32,000 nucleotides of DNA. Source: Alkanindiges illinoisensis DSM 15370. GTDB lineage: Bacteria > Pseudomonadota > Gammaproteobacteria > Pseudomonadales > Moraxellaceae. The stretch covers positions 1,630,064-1,662,063 of the forward strand of contig NZ_JHUX01000003.1 of assembly GCF_000619845.1 (NCBI RefSeq), in the 5' to 3' direction. Positions within the stretch are counted from its first letter, which is position 1, and each line of letters opens with the position of its first letter. This document shows positions 1 to 8,757 of the stretch, one piece after another. Below the pieces are notes generated by a model, which did not search any database, had not been told where the DNA came from, and saw only the letters and a program-made list of their open reading frames with translations. A program made the position numbers and the translations under genes.

Positions 1-36
1 TGACGCAAGTGCCTGTTGCTGTAATGGGTCAGACAT
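1..36 (-). CDS. 5' end (12 codons) of an unidentified CDS that runs off the left edge of the window
   Basis: The reverse complement reads GGAGA-tgtc-ATG TCT GAC CCA TTA CAG CAA CAG GCA CTT GCG TCA (MSDPLQQQALAS...). There is no stop before the window edge. It is divergent from the desaturase gene and too short to identify. Confidence 0.3.
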   Translation of the reverse strand, partial: MSDPLQQQALAS

Positions 37-115
37 GACATCTCCTTTTCAATAATTTTCAATGGGTTAAATCGTTAAATCTGACTTGCAGAAAAATCCA
101 GCCGATTGGTATTGT

Positions 116-149
116 TTGACTAGTGAACATCTGTTCGCCATGTTATGAT
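116..149 (+). promoter_or_regulatory. Putative desaturase promoter with an operator-like palindrome
   Basis: TTGACT (116-121); imperfect palindrome GTGAACA-tc-TGTTCGC (123-138, inner arms GAACA/TGTTC perfect); extended -10-like TGtTATGAT (141-149). About 100 nt upstream of the desaturase start. Pattern only, not statistically strong. Confidence 0.25.
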
Positions 150-247
150 GACGATAAACCGCGCACTAAATACGTCGATTATAGTGAGCTGTCATTCCCT
201 GCCTTGTATTCCCCTCTTATCTGTTTTGTTGCGGAGCTTTATTGGAC

Positions 248-1438
248 ATGAATTCCTCTCCTGCTCGTCCTCCCATTAACTGGCCTGCAGTGATTGTGTT
301 GCTGGGTACGCCACTGGCCGCCTTGATCTTAATTCCGTGGTATGCCTGGAATCATGATTTTTCAATGGCCGCGTGGATCAGCTTTCTGGTATTTTTTGCG
401 TGGAGTGGCCTTGGCATTACTGCTGGCTACCATCGCCTGTGGGCACACCGTGCCTATGAAGCCGCATGGCCGGTGCGTTTTGTATTAATGCTGGGTGGCA
501 CCCTGGCCATTCAAAATACAATCCTGTTCTGGGCATCAGGCCACCGTACCCATCATCGCCATGTGGATCATGTGGATAAAGACCCGTATTCAGCCAAGCG
601 TGGATTCTGGTACTCACACATCGGCTGGATGCTGCGGGATTATTCCAGCGGTACACCCGACTATAAAAATGCGCCTGACCTGCTAAAAGACAAAATGGTG
701 ATGTTTCAGCACCGCTATTATGTTCCTATGGTAATCCTGACCAATATTGGCTTTCCAGTTGCACTGGGCCTGATGGTTGGCGACCTCTGGGGCGTGGTAC
801 TGCTGGCTGGCCTGCTGCGCCTGATTGCCAATCACCACGTGACTTTCTTTATCAATTCACTGTGTCATATGTTTGGCAGCCAGCCCTATACTGATGAAAA
901 TACAGCCCGTGACAATTTCTGGCTAGCGCTGTTTACCTGGGGTGAGGGTTACCATAACTTCCATCATATTTTCCAGTATGACTACCGCAATGGGGTAAAA
1001 TGGTGGCAGTTTGACCCTACCAAATGGCTGATTTTAAGCCTGTCCAAAGTTGGCCTGACCCGCAATTTAAAGCGTATCCCGGCATTTACCATTCGCAAGG
1101 CAGAAGTTGCCATGAAGTTCAAGCGTGCTGAAAAACACCTTGAAACCTATGGCCACGACATGCATGAAGATATTGTGCACATGCGCCAGAAGATTGCCCA
1201 GGAATATGAAGCCTTTAGCGCCACCCTAAACGACTGGGCCAAGCTGAAGGAGCAAAGCATTGAAGCCAAAAAGGCTATGGTTGCAGATAAGTTTGCTGAA
1301 AAAATCCATCAGGTTGATTTACGCCTGAAAGTGGAATTCCAGCTGGTTGAGCAACGCATGCATGAACATAGCGCCCGTATGGAAACCATGATGCTGAATC
1401 TAAAGCGCTATGTCCGTCGCCAGACCAATCCGGTTTAA
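248..1438 (+). CDS. Membrane fatty-acid (acyl-CoA/acyl-lipid) delta-9 desaturase, OLE1/COG1398 type, with a ~100-aa C-terminal coiled-coil-like extension
   Basis: Three canonical His boxes (HRLWAHR, HRTHHRH, HNFHH) and N-terminal TM helices. The ORF opens at TTG 242; ATG 248 is in frame. GGAG at 233-236 leaves either start possible. Confidence 0.9.
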   Translation: MNSSPARPPINWPAVIVLLGTPLAALILIPWYAWNHDFSMAAWISFLVFFAWSGLGITAGYHRLWAHRAYEAAWPVRFVLMLGGTLAIQNTILFWASGHRTHHRHVDHVDKDPYSAKRGFWYSHIGWMLRDYSSGTPDYKNAPDLLKDKMVMFQHRYYVPMVILTNIGFPVALGLMVGDLWGVVLLAGLLRLIANHHVTFFINSLCHMFGSQPYTDENTARDNFWLALFTWGEGYHNFHHIFQYDYRNGVKWWQFDPTKWLILSLSKVGLTRNLKRIPAFTIRKAEVAMKFKRAEKHLETYGHDMHEDIVHMRQKIAQEYEAFSATLNDWAKLKEQSIEAKKAMVADKFAEKIHQVDLRLKVEFQLVEQRMHEHSARMETMMLNLKRYVRRQTNPV

Positions 1439-1470
1439 GTACTGGCTCGAATGATTGATGCTTTACAATA

Positions 1471-1497
1471 ATCCCGCTTCGGCGGGATGTTTATTTT
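1471..1497 (+). terminator. Rho-independent terminator after the desaturase gene
   Basis: Stem ATCCCGC (1471-1477), loop TTCG, stem GCGGGAT (1482-1488), then GTTTATTTT. Confidence 0.75.
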
Positions 1498-1505
1498 GCT
1501 AGTGC

Positions 1506-1868
1506 TTACCGAGCGGCATATAACACGATTAACGCAATCAGGGCTGGCATGGCCTGAATATATAAAATTTTGCGGCTAGCGGTAATGGCTCCAAAAATAC
1601 CAGCGACTAGAACACAACCTAGAAAGAAAGTGGCAACCTGAACAAAAAAACCATCTTGCAGGGTTAAAGCCCAGAATAAGCCAGCTGCCAGAAAACCATT
1701 ATATAAGCCCTGATTTTGTGCCAGCACTTTGGTCAGGGCTGCTTTTTCAGGTGTATTGCCGAACGCTTTTAAGCCAAGCGGTTTATCCCACAAAAACATT
1801 TCCAGCACCAGAAAATAAACATGCAACACGCCAATTAGGCCAATCAGGATTTGCGCCAGTATTAACAT
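1506..1868 (-). CDS. DUF1304-family small integral membrane protein
   Basis: 120 aa with four hydrophobic segments. The N-terminal motif HVYFLVLEMFLW is typical of DUF1304 as I remember the family. Confidence 0.7.
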   Translation of the reverse strand: MLILAQILIGLIGVLHVYFLVLEMFLWDKPLGLKAFGNTPEKAALTKVLAQNQGLYNGFLAAGLFWALTLQDGFFVQVATFFLGCVLVAGIFGAITASRKILYIQAMPALIALIVLYAAR

Positions 1869-2080
1869 TTTTTTGCCCCACCCTATAATGAGCTTTTATC
1901 ATGCTTTTTTTTAAATCATTGGCAATGGCGCTGATCGGATTTGGGGACTGATTTTTAAACTGATCAGACAGTAAAAAATCTTGCAGCAAAAAAATGCAAT
2001 GAAAAACCATTAGAGTTTTAGCATTTTATCAGCGTGAATCATTTACACTGGTTGCAAATTACCGTTTGCCGAGCCTGATT

Positions 2081-3511
2081 ATGCAGTTTGATAATCGCTA
2101 TGCCACCCTTGATGAAAAACTGTTTCATCGCCAGCCGCCCTCTCCATTGCAACAGCCCATTGCTGGGCACTTTAATGCCCAAGTGGCAGCGCAACTCAAC
2201 TGGCCCAAAAGCACAGACTGGGTCAGTATTCTGGCTGGGCAAACCCTGCTGGAAGGCTTTGACCCTTTGGCCATGGCTTATGCAGGTCATCAGTTCGGTC
2301 ATTGGGCGGGTCAGCTGGGTGATGGTCGCGGGCTGCTTTTGGCGCAGGTGATTGATACCAATGGCCAGCTGCAGGATTTACATTTAAAGGGTGCGGGTCT
2401 CACGCCCTACTCCCGTATGGGTGATGGCCGTGCCGTCCTGCGCTCAGTCATCCGCGAATATCTGGCAGGCCATGCGCTCCGTAATCTGGGAGTAGCCTCA
2501 TCGAATGCACTGGGTTTTGTTAGCTCCAAAACCCCAGTGCAGCGGGAACAACTGGAACGTGGAGCCTGTTTGCTTCGGGTAGCGGATTGCCATGTGCGGC
2601 TGGGACATTTTGAGTGGATCAACCAATACCAGCCCGAATTGCTTGAAGAATTCACTAGTAAAATGATTGACTGGTATTATCCGGAATGTAAAACCGAAGC
2701 TGAAAATACAGGCATTAATCCGGTGCTGTGCTTTGCCAAGGCGGTGATTCAGCGCACGGCCAAGACCATTAGTGATTGGCAACTGGTGGGTTTTGCGCAT
2801 GGTGTAATGAATACCGATAATTTATCCATTACCGGAAGCACACTGGATTTTGGCCCGTTTGGTTTTCTGGAGCGCTTTAACCCGGCGTGGATCAACAATC
2901 ATTCCGATCATGGTGGACGCTACACCTACCAGAACCAGCCCAGTATTGCCCACTGGAATTTATGGGTATGGCTGGGCCAGCTTTTGCCACTGGGTCTGGA
3001 TAAGGAAGATTTGCAAGCTGCACTGGCGGAATTTGAACCTGCCTTTTTGCATCATTACCGTGAAGGCATGGCCAAAAAACTCGGTATTGACGCGGAACAT
3101 CCCGAGAGCTTTGACATTGGCATGGATTTTCTACGACTCCTGCAAGCCGAAAAACTGGACTACACCACCAGCTTTAGACGTCTGATTGATGAAAACCACT
3201 GGCAGGCATTTCGTGATGACTGCATTGATGTGGCTGCCTTTGACCAGTTTATTGAGCGTTACCAGCGTGTCATTAGCGAGCAGCCGTTAACAAACCGTCA
3301 GGCACTGATGCAGGAAAATAATGCGGTATATATCCTGCGCAATCATATGGCACAGCAGGCTATTGAAAAAGCCGAACAGGATGATTTTAGCGAGGTTGAT
3401 CGCCTGTATCGGTTACTGGCAACGCCTTATACCCCACAACCGGATATTGAGCAGGAAAATGACCTGTTGCCGCCATTTGGTGAGGAAATTGCAGTGAGTT
3501 GCTCGTCTTGA
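2081..3511 (+). CDS. selO: Protein adenylyltransferase (AMPylase) SelO / YdiU (UPF0061)
   Basis: The N-terminus MQFDNRYATL matches the conserved FDNRF start of SelO proteins. Motifs YAGHQFG, GDGRA and MNTDN (pseudokinase-fold active site) are present. The ORF track start (TTG 2066) is probably 5 codons too long. Confidence 0.9.
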   Translation: MQFDNRYATLDEKLFHRQPPSPLQQPIAGHFNAQVAAQLNWPKSTDWVSILAGQTLLEGFDPLAMAYAGHQFGHWAGQLGDGRGLLLAQVIDTNGQLQDLHLKGAGLTPYSRMGDGRAVLRSVIREYLAGHALRNLGVASSNALGFVSSKTPVQREQLERGACLLRVADCHVRLGHFEWINQYQPELLEEFTSKMIDWYYPECKTEAENTGINPVLCFAKAVIQRTAKTISDWQLVGFAHGVMNTDNLSITGSTLDFGPFGFLERFNPAWINNHSDHGGRYTYQNQPSIAHWNLWVWLGQLLPLGLDKEDLQAALAEFEPAFLHHYREGMAKKLGIDAEHPESFDIGMDFLRLLQAEKLDYTTSFRRLIDENHWQAFRDDCIDVAAFDQFIERYQRVISEQPLTNRQALMQENNAVYILRNHMAQQAIEKAEQDDFSEVDRLYRLLATPYTPQPDIEQENDLLPPFGEEIAVSCSS

Positions 3512-3528
3512 CTATGGTTTATTGTCAT

Positions 3529-3555
3529 AAAAAAGACAGCTTAGGCTGTCTTTTT
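3529..3555. terminator. Bidirectional Rho-independent terminator between convergent selO and baeR
   Basis: A6-GACAGC (3535-3540), loop TTAG, GCTGTC (3545-3550)-T5. The A-tract and T-tract flanks allow it to work on both strands. Confidence 0.8.
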
Positions 3556-3574
3556 AGTTTGCCAAAATTATGGC

Positions 3575-4258
3575 TTACTGATTTTCATCGTAGTCGAAGC
3601 GATAGCCCACACCATACACCGAATGAATCCACTCATGCTTGCTGCCGGTATCAGCCGTTTCACTAATCTTACGGCGCAAGTTTTTAATATGACTGTCAAT
3701 CACACGGTCTGTCACTTCAAAGCTGTCCGGGTTCAAATGATCGAGCAACTGGCCACGCGAGAAAATCTGGCCTACATGCTTTAAAAATAAAGCCAATAGT
3801 CGAAATTCAGTAGGTGTCAGGTTAAGGGTTTTTTGCTTGTACCAGATGCGCTGCTGAGCTTCATCAATCTTGAACAGTGCTTTTTGGGTAGGCTGGCTAT
3901 GGGCACGGCGCAAGACTGCCTGTACGCGAGCCACCAGTTCTTTTGGGCTAAAAGGCTTGCAGACATAATCGTCAGCGCCCAGTTTCAGGCCCAGCAACCG
4001 ATCAATTTCCTCAGTTAATGCAGTAACCATAATAATCGGCACATTAGACACTTCACGCAGTTTGCGGCAAACCCCTAGTCCATCAAGACGTGGCAGCATC
4101 AAATCCAGAATGATCAGGTCAGGATTATCCTGTAAGGCGGCCTGCAAGCCGGTCTGGCCATCATTAAAGATTTCAACTTCATAATTGGCCTGAATCAGAT
4201 AATCACGCACCAGCTCAGCCAGTTCTTTTTCATCTTCAATAATAAATATTTTTGCCAT
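3575..4258 (-). CDS. baeR: OmpR/PhoB-family response regulator, BaeR-like
   Basis: Receiver domain (DLMLP, phospho-acceptor Asp context) plus a winged-helix C-terminus. Long stretches match E. coli BaeR as I recall it (EEIDRLLGL..GADDY.CKPFSP.ELVARV, LTPTEFRLL, VTDR.IDSHIKNLRRK, VYGVGYR). It sits directly downstream of a sensor kinase, in baeS-baeR order. Confidence 0.8.
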   Translation of the reverse strand: MAKIFIIEDEKELAELVRDYLIQANYEVEIFNDGQTGLQAALQDNPDLIILDLMLPRLDGLGVCRKLREVSNVPIIMVTALTEEIDRLLGLKLGADDYVCKPFSPKELVARVQAVLRRAHSQPTQKALFKIDEAQQRIWYKQKTLNLTPTEFRLLALFLKHVGQIFSRGQLLDHLNPDSFEVTDRVIDSHIKNLRRKISETADTGSKHEWIHSVYGVGYRFDYDENQ

Positions 4259-4300
4259 GTTACTTTTCCTTATTGATAAATCATTGGTCAGGGTGTCAAT

Positions 4301-5884
4301 TTATTGCGTGGGCTTGATGGGCAAACATAAGGTTGCACGTAGTCCGCCCAGCGGTGAGTGATCAAACACAATACTGCCATCATGCGCCTCGGCAATTTGC
4401 CGTGACAGCGCCAGCCCCAGTCCACTACCACCGGTTGCCCGGTTACGCGAGCTATCCACCCGGTAAAAACGTTCACCCAGACGCTCCAGTTCTTCATCAC
4501 TGAGGCCGGGTGGGCTGTCATCCACATGCAGTTTCCACTGGCTGTCAGTAATTTCAACGCTTAGCGCCAGTTCACCGTTATCGTTGGTATAGCGGCGGGT
4601 ATTTTCCAGAAAATTGGCAATCACCTGCCGAATGCGGTCGGGGTCAATATTCAGTTCAATTTCATGGACAGGTGGTACTACATTGACATGGAGCTGCTTG
4701 GCTGCAAATTTATGTTCAAAGCTTTCAACTTCCTGCAACACAATATTCCACGGATTGCATAATCTAAAGTGACACTGCAATTGTCCAACATCTGCCTTGG
4801 CAAGTTCATTTAAATCTTGTACCAGTTTCTTTAACGTAAGTACTTGTCTTTGCATGCCTTGTAAATGAGCTGGTGTGGCTTCACGCACACCATCCAGCAT
4901 GGCTTCAATTTGTGCCTGTAATACGCTGATAGGTGTTCTTAGCTCGTGCGACGTATCTGCCACCCATTGCCGGCGTGACTGTTCGTGCTGGTATAAAATG
5001 GTCGATAACTGGTTAATGGACTGTGCCAGATCACCCAGTTCGTCATTGCGGCGGATTTCAATATGCTGCTGATAATTGCCATGCGTCAGTTCAGACGCTG
5101 TTTCCAGTAACTCGCCAATCGGACGGCGAAAATTACGCGCCAGCAAGGAGGACACAATTGCACTCACCAGAAAACAGCTTAGGCCAATCCAGATTAAATA
5201 ACGGCTTTGCGCCGAGAAAAAATTAACCGATAGCGTATCTTCCGGATCAAGTGCCGGCTGCAAACCCAGATAGCCGATAGTCTTGCCATTTAGCTTGATG
5301 CTACGTCGGGGCAAATCCTCTGCCGAGCGCAGACCCACCAGATAATTGCCTTCGCCATCATAAAGCACCAGTCGCTTGCCCAGCTCAAGCCGATCAAGAC
5401 CCGGCATTATTGGTGGTGGCCCGGAGGGCTGAAAAGGTGGTAAATAGGCACGTCCCGCGTCCTGGTCATCCATTAACAGCGGGGCCAGAGATAATGGAGA
5501 AGCCAGACTGCCATTTTCGAGATAGGAACCATTGGCCGGATTGCCGCGCGAGTAACGCTCTTCCAGCCGACGCTTGAGACTGCGACGCATGGCCAGTTCA
5601 TACTGGTAACGCAGCCAGCGTTTTTTGACTCGGTCATAGGGCACGACGCCAGACCGCACCGAGGCATTCATGGCATCCTGCCATGTGCCATAACGTTGAT
5701 ATTGATTGGCAAGGCCATCGACCAGCACGTCCAGCCGTTGCATTTCGACTTCGGCCACATAACGCGAAAAGCCTTTTTGCATAGTGAAGTGCAGCATGAG
5801 CAGCCCCACCAGGCTAATGATCAATGTCGTCATCAACACTGCAATAAACAGGCGCGATGCAATGGGTAGACGTAATTTGGTCAC
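4301..5884 (-). CDS. baeS: Sensor histidine kinase, BaeS-like, with a large (~190 aa) periplasmic domain
   Basis: GTG start. Two TM segments flank a periplasmic region, followed by a HAMP region, the H-box SHELRTP, and the HATPase G-box GGSGLGLAL. Forms an operon with the response regulator (42-nt gap). Confidence 0.8.
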   Translation of the reverse strand: MTKLRLPIASRLFIAVLMTTLIISLVGLLMLHFTMQKGFSRYVAEVEMQRLDVLVDGLANQYQRYGTWQDAMNASVRSGVVPYDRVKKRWLRYQYELAMRRSLKRRLEERYSRGNPANGSYLENGSLASPLSLAPLLMDDQDAGRAYLPPFQPSGPPPIMPGLDRLELGKRLVLYDGEGNYLVGLRSAEDLPRRSIKLNGKTIGYLGLQPALDPEDTLSVNFFSAQSRYLIWIGLSCFLVSAIVSSLLARNFRRPIGELLETASELTHGNYQQHIEIRRNDELGDLAQSINQLSTILYQHEQSRRQWVADTSHELRTPISVLQAQIEAMLDGVREATPAHLQGMQRQVLTLKKLVQDLNELAKADVGQLQCHFRLCNPWNIVLQEVESFEHKFAAKQLHVNVVPPVHEIELNIDPDRIRQVIANFLENTRRYTNDNGELALSVEITDSQWKLHVDDSPPGLSDEELERLGERFYRVDSSRNRATGGSGLGLALSRQIAEAHDGSIVFDHSPLGGLRATLCLPIKPTQ

Positions 5885-5960
5885 AATCAGGCACTCAGAT
5901 CCATAAGATGCAAACCTTGCCCGTAAATTGGCAAATATGCAAGATATCGCTGCTTCATCA

Positions 5961-5968
5961 TTTCTCCA
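5961..5968 (+). promoter_or_regulatory. BaeR-box-like core TTTCTCCA in the baeS/lipoprotein divergent promoter region
   Basis: Exact 8/8 match to the core of the E. coli BaeR box as I remember it (TTTTTCTCCATDATTGGC). The flanks do not match. It lies about 36 nt upstream of a TACTAT -10-like hexamer (6004-6009) of the lipoprotein gene. Confidence 0.25.
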
Positions 5969-6047
5969 ACTTGTTTTTTTATTTTAAGTTTTAGGGAATT
6001 CCCTACTATTTTTATGCCAGATTTTTTTGAGTAATCCAAGGAGTATT

Positions 6048-6398
6048 ATGATGAAATCAGCTTCCCTGTTTAAACCGGCACTGGTGGCACTTTCATTGGC
6101 AGGTGTACTGGCAGGTTGTCAAACTGCACCCTCAGCAAACCCACTACATCCTGATCCGGCAGGTGACATGAGGCATAAAGAAGGCAAGCACCGCATGCAT
6201 CGTTTTCATAAGGGTGATGGCCCACGTATACAGGATAGCTGGCGTAACCCCGAAGTTCGCGCTCAATTGCAGCAGGCCTGTAACGGTAAAGCCGCCGGAC
6301 AATTAGTTACAATTAATCTACAAAATGGTAAAACGCTACAAGGCAGCTGTGAATTGCGTTTTAAACCTGACCTACCCGATGCTGGCAACCGACCCTAA
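6048..6398 (+). CDS. Small secreted lipoprotein of unknown function with a His/basic-rich N-terminal region
   Basis: AAGGAG at 6038-6043, then ATG 6048/6051. Signal peptide with lipobox LAG-C. The mature part contains HPDPAGDMRHKEGKHRMHRFHKG (5 His in 25 aa) and two Cys. The ORF track start at 6027 is a TTG upstream of the SD sequence. Confidence 0.7.
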   Translation: MMKSASLFKPALVALSLAGVLAGCQTAPSANPLHPDPAGDMRHKEGKHRMHRFHKGDGPRIQDSWRNPEVRAQLQQACNGKAAGQLVTINLQNGKTLQGSCELRFKPDLPDAGNRP

Positions 6399-6416
6399 TT
6401 GATTTATCGTACCCTT

Positions 6417-6451
6417 AAAAGCCTGTAATTGCAGTTTGCATTCAGGCTTTT
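6417..6451 (+). terminator. Rho-independent terminator after the lipoprotein gene
   Basis: AAAA-GCCTG..TGCA gtt TGCA..CAGGC-TTTT (GCCTG 6421-6425 pairs with CAGGC 6443-6447). Confidence 0.65.
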
Positions 6452-6733
6452 GAGTTCAAATATTTTTTGTTGCTTAGTTTTCGCTTTAACCCTGCCAATT
6501 TACCGCCCTGCCCTGAAAAAATCATTTATAATGCGGCGATTTTTTACCATGCTTGACTATTCAGTCATAAAATATGGTGGTAGGCCACCCCTGACTGAAC
6601 CAAACTTGCATCCGTTTAAATTGGCCCAATCTCTATTGGGAATAATGCGGTCCATCAATCCAGATTGCGCTTTCGTGCCACCATTGATGTGATTTATTTA
6701 GTGCAATTTTTTGCCGTTTCGAGGAAATAAAAT

Positions 6734-8533
6734 ATGCCACAGTACAAAGCACCGTTACGTGACATTCAGTTTGTAATGCACGAATTGCTCAATGCCGAAC
6801 AGCATTATGACAAAATCTCTGCCTATGCTGGTACAAATCGCGAACTGATCGATGGCATTATTGAAGCTGCTGCTGATTTTTGCGAAAACGAATTATCCCC
6901 AATCAATCATTCTGGTGATCAGGAAGGTTGTCATTACGAAGACGGCGTTGTTACCACGCCAAAAGGCTTTAAAGAAGCCTACCAGAAATATATCGAGCTG
7001 GGCTATCCGTCACTGGCTGTATCTGCTGAGCATGGCGGTCAGGGCCTGCCGGGTTCTATCGGCAATGCCATTTCTGAGCTGGTGGGTACTGCCAACTGGT
7101 CATGGGGCATGTATCCTGGCCTGTCTCATGGTGCGATCCGTACCATTGAGCATCATGGTAACGAGCAGCAAAAAGAAGTTTACCTGAGCAAGCTGGTATC
7201 CGGTGTATGGACTGGTACCATGTGTCTGACTGAATCCCACGCGGGTTCTGACCTGGGCATTATCCGTACCAAAGCTGAGCCAAATGAAGATGGCAGCTAT
7301 GCGATTACCGGTGAGAAAATCTTTATTTCTGCCGGTGAACACGACATGGCAGAAAACATTATCCATATTGTACTGGCCCGTCTGCCTGGCGCACCAAAAG
7401 GCACCAAGGGTATTTCCCTGTTTATCGTTCCCAAGTTCAACGTGAACGAAGATGGTAGCGTCGGCGAGCGCAACACTGTTCGCTGTGGTTCGATTGAACA
7501 CAAAATGGGTATTCATGGTAACGCCACTTGCGTCATGAACTTTGACGGCGCCAAAGGCTTCCTGATTGGGCCAGAAAACCGTGGTCTGAACTGCATGTTC
7601 ACTTTCATGAACACCGCCCGTATTGGTACGGCGGTTCAGGGTCTGGCAGCATCTGAAGGTGCTTTCCAGGGCGCGCTGATGTATGCCCGCGAGCGTCTGG
7701 CCATGCGTTCTTTAACCGGCCCTAAAAACCCGGAAAAAGAAGCTGATCCAATTATCGTTCACCCTGCCGTACGCAACATGCTGCTGACCCAGAAAGCATT
7801 TGCTGAAGGTGGCCGTGCGCTGGTTTACCTGTTATCCCAGTTTGCTGATATCGTTGAAGCGGGTGACAACGAAGAAGAGAAAAAATACGCGGACAATATC
7901 CTGTCTTTGCTAACGCCAATTGCCAAGGCATTCCTGACCGAAACTGGTTCTGAATCTGCCAAGCATGGTGTTCAGATTTACGGTGGTCACGGCTTTATCA
8001 GTGAACACGGTATGGAACAGATTGTGCGCGATACCCGCATTGCCTGCCTGTACGAAGGTACGACTGAAATTCAGGCGCTGGATTTGCTGGGCCGTAAAGT
8101 GCTGCAAACTCAGGGTGCGCTGCTCAAAGACTTCACCAAGATCATTCACAAATTCTGTGAAGCCAACAAGGACAATGCTGCCATGGCAGAGTTCATTGAG
8201 CCACTGGCTGCGCTGAACAAGGAATGGGGCGACCTGACCATGCAGATTGGTATGAAAGCCATGCAAAACCCAAATGAAGTGGGTGCTGCTGCGGTTGATT
8301 ACCTGTACTTCTCTGGTTATGTGACCTTTGCTTACCTGTGGGCCCGCATGGCGCTGGTTGCCCAGGAGAAACTGGCCGGTGACACCACCGAAACCGACTT
8401 CTACAATGCCAAGATCACCACTGCCCGTTTCTACTTCAAGAAACTGTTGCCACGTACCCGCTCGCATGTGGACGTGATTGCTACTGGTGTAGAGTCCTTA
8501 ATGGCGCTGGATGCAGAACACTTTGCATTCTAA
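6734..8533 (+). CDS. Long-form acyl-CoA dehydrogenase (FadE1/FadE2-like, ~600 aa, with N- and C-terminal extension domains)
   Basis: 599 aa with GAGGA RBS. ACAD motifs are present (GTMCLTE.HAGSDLG, IFIS.GEHD, catalytic YEGTTEIQALD). The N-terminus MPQYKAPLRD is typical of this subfamily. Confidence 0.9.
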   Translation: MPQYKAPLRDIQFVMHELLNAEQHYDKISAYAGTNRELIDGIIEAAADFCENELSPINHSGDQEGCHYEDGVVTTPKGFKEAYQKYIELGYPSLAVSAEHGGQGLPGSIGNAISELVGTANWSWGMYPGLSHGAIRTIEHHGNEQQKEVYLSKLVSGVWTGTMCLTESHAGSDLGIIRTKAEPNEDGSYAITGEKIFISAGEHDMAENIIHIVLARLPGAPKGTKGISLFIVPKFNVNEDGSVGERNTVRCGSIEHKMGIHGNATCVMNFDGAKGFLIGPENRGLNCMFTFMNTARIGTAVQGLAASEGAFQGALMYARERLAMRSLTGPKNPEKEADPIIVHPAVRNMLLTQKAFAEGGRALVYLLSQFADIVEAGDNEEEKKYADNILSLLTPIAKAFLTETGSESAKHGVQIYGGHGFISEHGMEQIVRDTRIACLYEGTTEIQALDLLGRKVLQTQGALLKDFTKIIHKFCEANKDNAAMAEFIEPLAALNKEWGDLTMQIGMKAMQNPNEVGAAAVDYLYFSGYVTFAYLWARMALVAQEKLAGDTTETDFYNAKITTARFYFKKLLPRTRSHVDVIATGVESLMALDAEHFAF

Positions 8534-8547
8534 GCTGTTGTAAACAG

Positions 8548-8576
8548 AAGCTGGCGTCATGCCAGCTTTTTGTTTT
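8548..8576 (+). terminator. Rho-independent terminator between the two acyl-CoA dehydrogenase genes
   Basis: AAGCTGGC (8548-8555), loop GTCAT, GCCAGCTT (8561-8568), then TTTGTTTT. Confidence 0.8.
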
Positions 8577-8757
8577 ATTTGTCGAGTGTATTTTATTCAG
8601 ATAGATATTAATGCACCTATCATCTATCTGCCAGCATCGCCCTACGTCTCGGGCACGATTTTAGCTTATAATGCTGCAAATTTTATCCGGTTGCTGTTTT
8701 TCAGCCCATTGCTGATTGCTGTTCCAATCTCTTTTAACTTGTTCCTGTAGGTGAATC

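Noticed and set aside
5992-6005. Perfect 14-bp palindrome TAGGGAATTCCCTA considered as stand-alone evidence for an operator
   Set aside because: About 32000 x (1/4)^7, or roughly 2, such palindromes are expected by chance in this window. It is mentioned within the BaeSR finding only because of its position over the -10-like element.
6429-6692. 87-aa plus-strand ORF in the gap before the first acyl-CoA dehydrogenase
   Set aside because: It has a TTG start and no SD, its product is odd and low-complexity, and it begins inside the terminator hairpin of the lipoprotein gene (6417-6451). It is better treated as a regulatory or non-coding region.
8559-8750. 63-aa plus-strand ORF between the two acyl-CoA dehydrogenase genes
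   Set aside because: It starts inside the terminator hairpin (8548-8576), has no SD, and its sequence is AT-rich and intergenic-like.
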